Positions 27,805 to 36,368 of a stretch of DNA of 64,000 bases are shown piece by piece (the stretch's first letter is position 1; each line of letters opens with the position of its first letter). The DNA comes from Candidatus Parcubacteria bacterium. GTDB taxonomy: Bacteria > Patescibacteriota > Saccharimonadia > UBA4664 > JBIOIQ01. Below the pieces are notes generated by a model that worked only from the letters and a program-made list of their open reading frames with translations, was not told where the DNA came from and searched no databases. The stretch covers positions 669,373 to 733,372 of the forward strand of contig OY970378.1 in the NCBI GenBank assembly GCA_963718875.1. Direction: 5' to 3'. The position numbers were made by a program, and so were the translations under genes.

Positions 27805-28136
27805 CTACATCTTGATTTCAATGTCAACACCGGCAGGGAGATTGAGGTTCATGAGTGCATCGATCGTCTTGGGAGTTGGTTCGGTAATATCGATGAGACG
27901 TTTATGGGTGCGCATTTCAAATTGTTCTCGGCTGTCTTTATGAACGAATGTGCCTCGGATAACAGTAAAGCCTTTTTTTCGGTTGGAAGTGGAATTGGAC
28001 CAGCTACTAGTGCGCCTGTTCGTATGGCAGTATCAAGAATCTGCTTGGCAGACTGATCGATAACCTTAGAATCATAGGCTTTAAGGCGAATGCGGATTCG
28101 TTGTTTAACGGCTTCTTTTTCGGGTTTTTCTGGCAT
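27805..28136 (-). CDS. rpsJ: 30S ribosomal protein S10 (needs a -1 frameshift at the A7 run, 27973-27979)
   Basis: [17 protein letters not shown] in frame 0; [35 protein letters not shown] in the -1 frame. Confidence 0.95.
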
Positions 28137-28206
28137 TTGTACTAAGGTTCCTATTCCTTCTTTAGGGTATGCAAAGGCCCCGCAGGGTGCGGGGCTAGCA
28201 TGTATG

Positions 28207-29397
28207 TTACTTAATAATCTTGGTTACAACTCCGGCACCAACAGTACGGCCACCTTCACGAATGGCGAAACGTAGGCCTTCTTCCATGGCAATCGGTGCA
28301 ATCAGAGTGATTTTCATTTGTACATTATCACCAGGCATTACCATCTCCATACCCTCTGGAAGCTGAACTTCACCAGTTACGTCAGTGGTGCGGATGTAGA
28401 ACTGGGGCTTGTAACCTTTGAAAAATGGAGTGTGACGTCCACCCTCTTCTTTTTTTAGTACGTATACTTCGGAATCAAATTCAGTGTGAGGAGTGATGGA
28501 GCCTGGCTTAGCTAATACTTGTCCACGCTCAATGTCGGTACGCTCGATACCACGTAACAGCGCGCCTACGTTGTCACCTGCTTGGGCATCCGGTAGGAGC
28601 TTTTTAAACATCTCAACACCGGTAATGACGGTCTTTTTGGTGGGGTGAATGCCGATAATTTCGACTTCGTCATTTACCTTGACTATACCTTGCTCAATAC
28701 GGCCGGTCGCAACAGTACCACGGCCTTTGATCGAGAAAACATCTTCAATAGGCATAAGGAACGGCTTGTCAAGTTCGCGCTTGGGCTCTGGAAGGTAGTC
28801 ATCCATAGCCTTAACAAGCTCTAAAATAGCTTTTTCAGCGTCAGCATCGCCTTCCATCGCTTTAAGAGCTGATCCCTTAATGATAGGCGCATTGTCGCCG
28901 TCATACTCGTTTTTGTTGAGTAATTCGCGAATTTCGACTTCTACTAGTTCTGCTAACTCTGGGTCAGCCATGTCCATTTTATTCATGAATACGAGAATGC
29001 TAGGAACGCCTACTTGTCGAGCCAACAGAACGTGCTCGCGAGTTTGAGGCATGGGGCCGTCAGCGGCGCTTACTACTAAGATGGCGCCGTCAATCTGGGC
29101 GGCACCGGTAATCATGTTTTTGACATAGTCAGCATGACCCGGCATATCGACATGAGCGTAGTGACGCTTTTCGCTTTCATACTCTTCGTGAGATGTTGCA
29201 ATCGTAATACCACGTTGTTTTTCTTCTGGCGCGTTGTCAATTTGCGCGTACGATACGGGCTTATTAATGCTTGATGGTAGGTGTTTTGCAAGTACTGTTG
29301 TAATAGCAGCTGTTAGCGTGGTTTTACCGTGGTCGACGTGACCCATGGTACCAACATTAAGATGCGGCTTGGTGCGTGAATATGTTTCTGTAGCCAT
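28207..29397 (-). CDS. tuf: Elongation factor Tu
   Basis: [33 protein letters not shown]. Confidence 0.99.
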   Translation of the reverse strand: MATETYSRTKPHLNVGTMGHVDHGKTTLTAAITTVLAKHLPSSINKPVSYAQIDNAPEEKQRGITIATSHEEYESEKRHYAHVDMPGHADYVKNMITGAAQIDGAILVVSAADGPMPQTREHVLLARQVGVPSILVFMNKMDMADPELAELVEVEIRELLNKNEYDGDNAPIIKGSALKAMEGDADAEKAILELVKAMDDYLPEPKRELDKPFLMPIEDVFSIKGRGTVATGRIEQGIVKVNDEVEIIGIHPTKKTVITGVEMFKKLLPDAQAGDNVGALLRGIERTDIERGQVLAKPGSITPHTEFDSEVYVLKKEEGGRHTPFFKGYKPQFYIRTTDVTGEVQLPEGMEMVMPGDNVQMKITLIAPIAMEEGLRFAIREGGRTVGAGVVTKIIK

Positions 29398-29546
29398 GAA
29401 CTCTCCTTAACTTATGAGTTGTGTAGTTATGCCATTTGCGGACTTGATGCAGTTCCCCTTTGATAAAGTGATTCTGAACCAAGCGCACAATGACGATCAT
29501 TATACTAAAATGGGCAATAAAAATAACTGCCCATTAGGACCTAGCC

Positions 29547-29576
29547 ATTATACGGATAAACAGACTTGTTTGTAAA
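29547..29576 (-). promoter_or_regulatory. Promoter for tuf-rpsJ
   Basis: TTTACA-18nt-TATAAT. Confidence 0.65.
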
Positions 29577-29676
29577 GGCTTTTAAGCTCGCACTCTACGT
29601 TTGTAGTTATGGCTTAGCGCGCTTGACGACCCGAGAGATGTTGATGATCCCCCGGGCCGTTAAACTTTGAGACGCA

Positions 29677-30225
29677 TTACGATAGGGGCACCAAACGCAT
29701 CAGATTGCCCAATGCAGTCGGGTTTTGTTGGAGGAAGTAAATCGCTATCAGGCTGCTGCCTCCAACTGCAGAAAACCAGCACAGAATTAGGTTGCCCATG
29801 ACTGCCTGTATAACCATCAAGCAGAGTAAAATTGCGCCTATGAGGTTGAGTTGGGACGCTCCGGACGTTAATAATACTGCGGTTATGAGCAGTACTATCA
29901 CTTGCTCAGCAACAAGTAGTAAGACGGCACGCGCTTTTTCGTGGTATTTCCAGAGCTCGATAGGATGGCTCAAGCTCTCGAAGCACCCAGTTGAGAGTTT
30001 TTCTTGGAGACTCATTCTACTGAGGACGATTGCCTTACACCCACCTATCCATAGCCCCACAACACACGTAAATAATGGGAGTCGTAGTTGCGGCCGAAAG
30101 ACGACTATAGTTCCGCATGCGCCCAGCATGGCCAGTGACAGGTAGAGAAAGCTGATCTTAAGGTTGGCTTCGGATTTACTGTTCGCTTTGGTAAGCTTGC
30201 CGTTCATCGATTGCTCTGCTTTCAC
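29677..30225 (-). CDS. Hypothetical membrane protein
   Basis: About five hydrophobic segments; start uncertain. Confidence 0.5.
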   Translation of the reverse strand: MKAEQSMNGKLTKANSKSEANLKISFLYLSLAMLGACGTIVVFRPQLRLPLFTCVVGLWIGGCKAIVLSRMSLQEKLSTGCFESLSHPIELWKYHEKARAVLLLVAEQVIVLLITAVLLTSGASQLNLIGAILLCLMVIQAVMGNLILCWFSAVGGSSLIAIYFLQQNPTALGNLMRLVPLS

Positions 30226-30330
30226 TAAGAGCTTGCTCGTCTGCCAAGGTGGTAGAGCGCACGCTAATAATAATGCGTGCTTGAGTGATAAAGCAAGCGA
30301 ATCACATATATAGAGGTCATCTAGATGAGG

Positions 30331-30640
30331 CTAGTCGTGGCTCCAAGTTCGACGACTATTTACTTCCTCCTTGGCTCTAAAGGCCTTTTCAAGGTCGAGG
30401 TCTAGCTCATTGCTTATATCCATAATTAAAAAAAGCATGTTGGCAAATTTTTTTTCCAAGTTTCTTTGCTTGGAGCCTGCATGAAGCTTGATGCCTCTTA
30501 GACTGCGAACGGTTTAGCAGCTTCTCCAGCTCTTCCTGGAGAAGCATAAACTTTTGAGGTATACTTTCCTCGTCAAAACCTCTTTGTATCGAGACAGCTT
30601 TAACATAGCTTTGCAACTCTGCCAGGGTACGACCAAACTT
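30331..30640 (-). pseudogene. Degraded MazG-like nucleotide pyrophosphohydrolase
   Basis: TLAELQSYV..RGFDEE..LLQEE / GEAAK / VRS..LDLEKAFRAKEEVNSRRTW across three frames; expected acidic EE..D reads KK..N; no clear start. Confidence 0.75.
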
Positions 30641-30656
30641 AATTACGCTAACGTTC

Positions 30657-31073
30657 CTAGGCTCGCGATTTGGTGCGGCTAATTCGGATTAGTGCGACGA
30701 TGATATATGCGACTACTGCATATACTGCCATTGCAACCAGGGTAGCAAGTTCAAAGCTAGCTACAGTAAAGTTGTCTGTAACCGAGAATATGCCGATAAA
30801 TGGGTAGATTAGGGGGTACGTGATGGCGTAAATGAGATTTACGAAAGTACTGACAGAATTGGCTCCTAAAAGGCGCAGTACCAGTCGGAAAGCTAACAGA
30901 ATTTCGACTATTGTTAAGATTAGATAAATAATTTGAGCCGCTCGAGATTCGACAGGCTCGACTACAGCGGGGGTAGTGGCAACAGCTGGACGCTCCGTAA
31001 CGACTGTACGTTCAGTAGCTACGGTTGGTTCATTTACAACGGTTTCACGGGTTTCTTCAACAATTCTAGCCAT
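30657..31073 (-). CDS. YggT-family membrane protein
   Basis: LLAFRLVLRLLGAN..FV..IY.IT.PL..PF.GIF; GGAGG upstream. Confidence 0.8.
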   Translation of the reverse strand: MARIVEETRETVVNEPTVATERTVVTERPAVATTPAVVEPVESRAAQIIYLILTIVEILLAFRLVLRLLGANSVSTFVNLIYAITYPLIYPFIGIFSVTDNFTVASFELATLVAMAVYAVVAYIIVALIRISRTKSRA

Positions 31074-31219
31074 AATAATCCTCCATTTAATCAGGTCTAG
31101 CTGATCGTACCAAGCATATTAGTTTGATTCATTGGGCAATATTACAAAGCCATGGCTAGGTTAATATTTGCTTCGTCGTGTATAAATTTTCCAGGTCCGG
31201 AGTGGCCGATAGCCAGGCG

Positions 31220-33301
31220 TTAATTGGCGACCGCTTTTTTACCAATAATTTCGTCGGCTACGTTACGTGGAACTTCAGCGTAGTGGTCAAACTCCATGGA
31301 ACTAGCAGCTCGCCCTTGAGTCATTGAACGAAGTGTAGTTGTGTAGCCAAACATTTCAGATAGAGGTACCATGGCGTCAATTACTTTAGCCAGACCGCGA
31401 TCATCCATTTTTTCGATTCGACCGCGCTTAGAATTGAGGTCACCAATAACATCCCCCATAAATTCTTCTGGTACAGTTACTTCTACTTTCATAATCGGTT
31501 CTAAAATGACTGGATCTGCTTTTCGTACGCCTTCCTGGAGAGCCATTGATCCGGCAATTTTGAAAGCCATCTCGTTAGAGTCTACTTCGTGGAAGCTACC
31601 ATCGTAAAGTTTTGCTTTGACGTCTACAACAGGGTATCCAGCAACTACGCCATTTTGTAACGCTTCTTTTACGCCATTCTCCACTGGAGTAATGTATTCT
31701 CGGGGAATCGCACCGCCAACAATGGCATTCTCCCATTCAAAACCTGCTCCCATTTCATTGGGGCTAAGTTCTAGCCAGACGTGGCCGTACTGACCCCGTC
31801 CCCCACTCTGGCGTACAAACTTACCTTCTGCTTTAACGGTCTTCCTAATAGTCTCACGATAGGCCACTTGTGGCTTACCAACATTGGCTTCGACTTTGAA
31901 CTCTCGCTTCATACGGTCTACGATAATATCTAGATGAAGTTCACCCATTCCGCTAATAATAGTTTGGCCTGTTTCTTCATCTCCTCGCACTCGGAAGGTT
32001 GGATCTTCTTCGGCTAGGCGCTGTAAAGCAGTACTCATCTTCTCTTGATCAGCTTTAGTCTTAGGTTCAATAGCAATTGAAATAACTGGTTCTGGAAAGG
32101 TAATTGATTCGAGAATGATAGGGTGGGCAGGGTCGGTCAGGGTGTGGGCTGTGGTTGTTCCTTTTAGTCCGACGGCTGCAGCAATTTCTCCTGAAAATAC
32201 TTCGCTAACTTCTTCCCGACTGTTGGCATGCATCCTCAAAATTCGGCCAATTCGTTCTTTTTCGCCGGTACTTGCGTTTAGAATATATGATCCAGCCTTA
32301 AGCGTGCCAGAATAAACCCGGAAAAAAGCCAGTTTGCCGACAAAGGGATCGGTGGCAATTTTAAAAGCCAGGGCTGAAAAAGGCTCTTCGTCACTGGCGT
32401 GACGGATGGTCTCCTCGCCAGTTTTAGGGTCTATGCCTTTAATAGCCGGTATGTCGAGCGGGCTGGGCAAGTATGTGTTGACGGCGTCAAGTAGCTGTTG
32501 CACTCCTTTATTCTTTAGAGCAGATCCTGAGAGTACGGGATAAAGTTCATTATTTATTACCGCTTTGCGCAAAGCCGCATTCAGCTCAGCTTCAGTGATT
32601 TCTTCGCCTTCCAAAAATTTTTCGGTCAGAGCTTCATCCGTTTCGGCGATACGTTCTACCATAATGGTGCGGTACTTTTCGGCATCAGCTTTCATATCCT
32701 CGGGAATGTCCGTTACCTCGAAAACCTTACCCATGTCGTCTTTGAAAATGATGGCATTCATTTTGATAAGGTCGACAATACCTTGGAAACGGTCTTCAGC
32801 ACCGATAGGCAGTTGTATGGCCACGGCCTTTTTAGTTAGGCGTGTCCAAATGCTATCAAGGTCTTTATAAAAGTCGGCTCCAGTGCGATCCATTTTGTTG
32901 ACAAAGCAGATACGGGGAACTTCATATTTATCTGCTTGGCGCCAAACGGTTTCAGACTGAGGTTCAACACCAGCTACACCGTCAAAAACAGTTACTCCAC
33001 CATCAAGCACACGCAAACTACGTTCTACCTCAACAGTAAAATCGACATGTCCAGGGGTATCAATAATGTTGATGCGATGGTCGTTCCAAAAACAGGTAGT
33101 TGCAGCTGAGGTAATAGTAATGCCTCGCTCTTGCTCCTGTTCCATCCAATCCATGGTAGCTTCGCCCTCGTGCACTTCGCCGATTTTATGGGTTTTACCT
33201 GTATAAAAAAGAATGCGCTCTGTGACTGTTGTTTTTCCAGCGTCGATGTGGGCAATAATTCCGATGTTACGAGTTTGTGCAAGCGAGTATTCGCGGGCCA
33301 T
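31220..33301 (-). CDS. fusA: Elongation factor G
   Basis: [35 protein letters not shown]. Confidence 0.99.
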   Translation of the reverse strand: MAREYSLAQTRNIGIIAHIDAGKTTVTERILFYTGKTHKIGEVHEGEATMDWMEQEQERGITITSAATTCFWNDHRINIIDTPGHVDFTVEVERSLRVLDGGVTVFDGVAGVEPQSETVWRQADKYEVPRICFVNKMDRTGADFYKDLDSIWTRLTKKAVAIQLPIGAEDRFQGIVDLIKMNAIIFKDDMGKVFEVTDIPEDMKADAEKYRTIMVERIAETDEALTEKFLEGEEITEAELNAALRKAVINNELYPVLSGSALKNKGVQQLLDAVNTYLPSPLDIPAIKGIDPKTGEETIRHASDEEPFSALAFKIATDPFVGKLAFFRVYSGTLKAGSYILNASTGEKERIGRILRMHANSREEVSEVFSGEIAAAVGLKGTTTAHTLTDPAHPIILESITFPEPVISIAIEPKTKADQEKMSTALQRLAEEDPTFRVRGDEETGQTIISGMGELHLDIIVDRMKREFKVEANVGKPQVAYRETIRKTVKAEGKFVRQSGGRGQYGHVWLELSPNEMGAGFEWENAIVGGAIPREYITPVENGVKEALQNGVVAGYPVVDVKAKLYDGSFHEVDSNEMAFKIAGSMALQEGVRKADPVILEPIMKVEVTVPEEFMGDVIGDLNSKRGRIEKMDDRGLAKVIDAMVPLSEMFGYTTTLRSMTQGRAASSMEFDHYAEVPRNVADEIIGKKAVAN

Positions 33302-33313
33302 AATTAATCCTAT

Positions 33314-33456
33314 GAGGTCCGACCTTGTATTAACTGATAGTCTTGGAGTCCAGACTAAAGGTCGGACCTCCAGTCTGGAATTGAAATATGCGCGGGGTGC
33401 GCATTCGTTGTATTGTAGCCTAAAACACCCCTTCAGGCAAGAGGTTGGACTCCAAG
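33314..33456. repeat. Interleaved inverted repeats around the fusA promoter and leader
   Basis: GAGGTCCGACCTT/AAGGTCGGACCTC; CTTGGAGTCCA/TGGACTCCAAG; CCAGACT/AGTCTGG. Confidence 0.75.
33412..33440 (-). promoter_or_regulatory. Promoter for fusA
   Basis: TTGCCT-17nt-TACAAT. Confidence 0.7.
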
Positions 33457-33469
33457 TTTGGTTATAGGC

Positions 33470-35122
33470 TTAGGTAATATTTTGAACTTGAGCTCCGATC
33501 TCGATCACTTCCCCACCCATAGCTTCGGCAAAATAGCTATCGTGGGAAACGTAAATGACAGCACCATGATAGTTTTTAAGAGCGCGCTCAAACTCTTCGA
33601 TCGAAGGCAGATCAAGGTGATTTGTAGGCTCATCAAGAATCAGTAAGTTTGGATCGCCAGCTAATAGGTTGATGATTTGGAGTCTAGCTTTTTGACCACC
33701 GGACAGAAGACGGACCGGCTGATCAAAATCCGAGCCCGGGTCGAAGAGGTAATCAGCTAGGGTTTGCTTGATAAGCTGATCGTTAATTGGAAGCTTTTTG
33801 GCATTATAGGCGGCCTGTATAGCATCCCCCAGTTTCATTTTTAGCCAACTAGCGCTAATTTCTTGCTCATAGACACCGAGTTTTATTTTGGGTGATACAT
33901 TGATGACGCCAGATATTATGTGCGCTGGGGTAGGCTGATCGAGTACCTGAGCAATGATTGTTTTAACTAAAGTGGATTTACCTACACCATTACGTCCTTT
34001 TAAATGCAGTCGATCCCCACTAGACAGGCTGAAGTTCAATCCGCTAAACAAAGCCTGTACATACCCAAGAGACAGATTTTTTATTTCAACCAAGTCGCTA
34101 ACACGGCTTGCATTGATTGATTTACCAAGACGAACGTTACGGTCTTTATAACGGTCGTAATTTAAGGCGGCTGATCCTTTGAGCCCTTCTACTGACTGCT
34201 GGTCGATCCAGAGCGATGGTTTATTGAGGGCTGCTTCAAGCGCATCATATTCGCGCTGCAACCGCACTTCCATAACTTTATAGGCTGGTGAGGCAGCCTT
34301 ACGAGCTTTTGCAAACAGTAATTGTTGTTTTAACTTTAATAGTTCTCGCTGGCTAATCTCGTATTGGTTGACGGCAGTGATAGAGGTAACACTATTTTGC
34401 TTGAGATAGTTGTTATAATTACCAGGAAAGCTATAAGCCTTTTTGTCTTTGATCTCAACCACTCGATCAACAACATTTAGCACGTCGCGATCATGAGTAA
34501 TAACAACCACAGCGTGGTTCACAGCTTCGAGCCACTTGATAAACGCCTCTTTTGCGACATAATCCATGTGATTGGTTGGTTCATCGATTAGGGCCAGAGT
34601 AGCTCCAGAAAGCTCGACCCTGACAAGCTCAACTAGTCGTTTTTGACCACCTGACAAGTTTTGAAAATCGCTTAGAGCCAAGGACTTATCAATTTGGTAC
34701 GCCTCTAAGGCGTTTAGGATGTGCGGCTCTATGTCGTAATAATCTAAATCGCTAAACCGTTGAACGGCGTCAGTATAGGCTGAGATTTTGTCAATGTCGT
34801 CGTCCATCGTTTCGGGATAAGTGTCGATGATCAGCTTAAGCTCTGAATATTCAGGCAGGTTAGAGATAACGTAGTCTAAGCAAGACTGTCCGGGCACACT
34901 ATCAAACTCCTGCTTGGTTGAGACAAGCTGCAGACCACGACCCTGGACTATCTTCCCCTCGAAGCTGCTATTTTCGGCTAATATATTAAACAGAGTCGTC
35001 TTGCCAGCCCCATTGCGCCCTATCAAAGCCATTTTCTCTTTGTCTTCAATTGAAAAGCTGAGGTCCTGTAGAAGCAGTTTTGGCCCAATTTGCTTGGATT
35101 GGATATCTATTTGTAACAACAT
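33470..35122 (-). CDS. ABC-F family ATPase
   Basis: Two NBDs (GRNGAGKT/GRNGVGKS, LSGGQ, DEPTNH) and no TM domain. Confidence 0.93.
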   Translation of the reverse strand: MLLQIDIQSKQIGPKLLLQDLSFSIEDKEKMALIGRNGAGKTTLFNILAENSSFEGKIVQGRGLQLVSTKQEFDSVPGQSCLDYVISNLPEYSELKLIIDTYPETMDDDIDKISAYTDAVQRFSDLDYYDIEPHILNALEAYQIDKSLALSDFQNLSGGQKRLVELVRVELSGATLALIDEPTNHMDYVAKEAFIKWLEAVNHAVVVITHDRDVLNVVDRVVEIKDKKAYSFPGNYNNYLKQNSVTSITAVNQYEISQRELLKLKQQLLFAKARKAASPAYKVMEVRLQREYDALEAALNKPSLWIDQQSVEGLKGSAALNYDRYKDRNVRLGKSINASRVSDLVEIKNLSLGYVQALFSGLNFSLSSGDRLHLKGRNGVGKSTLVKTIIAQVLDQPTPAHIISGVINVSPKIKLGVYEQEISASWLKMKLGDAIQAAYNAKKLPINDQLIKQTLADYLFDPGSDFDQPVRLLSGGQKARLQIINLLAGDPNLLILDEPTNHLDLPSIEEFERALKNYHGAVIYVSHDSYFAEAMGGEVIEIGAQVQNIT

Positions 35123-35204
35123 GAGCTAAAATCCTTGTTCGGCTTCCCTACTGCTCGTTAAGGAAGTAAAGGAGGGTTTAAAAAGTATTGTTTTAGGCTC
35201 GGCT

Positions 35205-35681
35205 CTAGTAGCGTGCAAAATGAGCAAAAGCTTTGTTGGCTTCGGCCATTTTATGGGTGTCTTCGCGTTTTTTGACGGCATCTCCGGTGTTATTAAAGGC
35301 ATCCATAAGCTCACCTGCTAAAAGAGCATCGAACGATTTACCTGATTTAGACTGAGCTGATCCTAAAATCCAACTCATAGCCAAATGGATTTTTCGATCT
35401 CCGCGCACTTCAATAGGGACTTGGTATGTTGCTCCACCGATGCGTTTGGCTTTTACTTGTACCTGAGGAGAAACGTTCTTTATGGCTGTCTCAAAAATAT
35501 CCAATGCTGGTTGCTTCATTTTTGCTTCAACTGCCTCAAAAGCGTTATAAACAAGGGTTTCAGCGAGACGCTTCTTGCCTCCTCGCATTACTTTGTTGAT
35601 TAGTTTTGTTACCATAACATTGTTGTAGCGAATGTCTGGCTCGAGATTGCGTTTAAAGGATTTGGTTTTTTTACGTGGCAT
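35205..35681 (-). CDS. rpsG: 30S ribosomal protein S7
   Basis: RIGGATYQVP, HKMAEANKAFAH. Confidence 0.98.
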   Translation of the reverse strand: MPRKKTKSFKRNLEPDIRYNNVMVTKLINKVMRGGKKRLAETLVYNAFEAVEAKMKQPALDIFETAIKNVSPQVQVKAKRIGGATYQVPIEVRGDRKIHLAMSWILGSAQSKSGKSFDALLAGELMDAFNNTGDAVKKREDTHKMAEANKAFAHFARY

Positions 35682-35773
35682 GGGCTTCTCCTTTTCTTGG
35701 ATACTCCGCTGGTCGCTATAGTTAAGCGAGCGGCTGCCTATTTTTAGTTAATTACTGTCATGGTCAAGATCGC

Positions 35774-35851
35774 GAATTAGGTATTGTGAATAAAGTATTA
35801 TGGTTTCGGGTTTTGTTTAATTCATAATTCTTTATTCTTTATTCTTTATTC
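35774..35851. repeat. Heptamer tandem repeats in inverted arrangement between rpsL and rpsG
   Basis: (TTTATTC)x3 + ATAATTC facing degenerate GAATTAG GTATTGT GAATAAA GTATTAT. Confidence 0.65.
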
Positions 35852-35854
35852 TCG

Positions 35855-36268
35855 TTAAGCTTTGGGTTTCTTGGCTCCGTACTTACTTCTACCTTGAGCA
35901 CGTTTTGCTACTCCTTGGGTATCAAAAGCACCTCGTACAATGTGATACCGAACACCAGGAAGGTCTTTTACTCGACCACCCCGAATAAGGACGACTGAGT
36001 GCTCTTGCAAATTATGTCCTACTCCGGGAATGTAGGCGTTTACTTCCATGCCATTTGTCAAGCGGACACGGGCAAATTTACGCAAAGCTGAGTTGGGTTT
36101 TTTGGGTGTCATAGTACCAACCTTAATGCAAACTCCACGCTTTAATGGGGAGGGCGCGGGATAGCTTTTGCCTTTTAGCGAGTTTAAAACCCGACCCAAA
36201 GCGGGTGTTGTAGACTTTTGCTTTTTATCTACACGGGGTTTTCGAATGAGTTGGTTGATTGTTGGCAT
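35855..36268 (-). CDS. rpsL: 30S ribosomal protein S12
   Basis: [28 protein letters not shown]. Confidence 0.99.
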   Translation of the reverse strand: MPTINQLIRKPRVDKKQKSTTPALGRVLNSLKGKSYPAPSPLKRGVCIKVGTMTPKKPNSALRKFARVRLTNGMEVNAYIPGVGHNLQEHSVVLIRGGRVKDLPGVRYHIVRGAFDTQGVAKRAQGRSKYGAKKPKA

Positions 36269-36368
36269 TTGACCTTAATTTTCATTTTTACTTATTTTCA
36301 GTTTTCATTGCTGGTTGAATAGAATGATATTTGAAACTTGTTAAAATGAACCTTGTTAGTTGTTCTAG

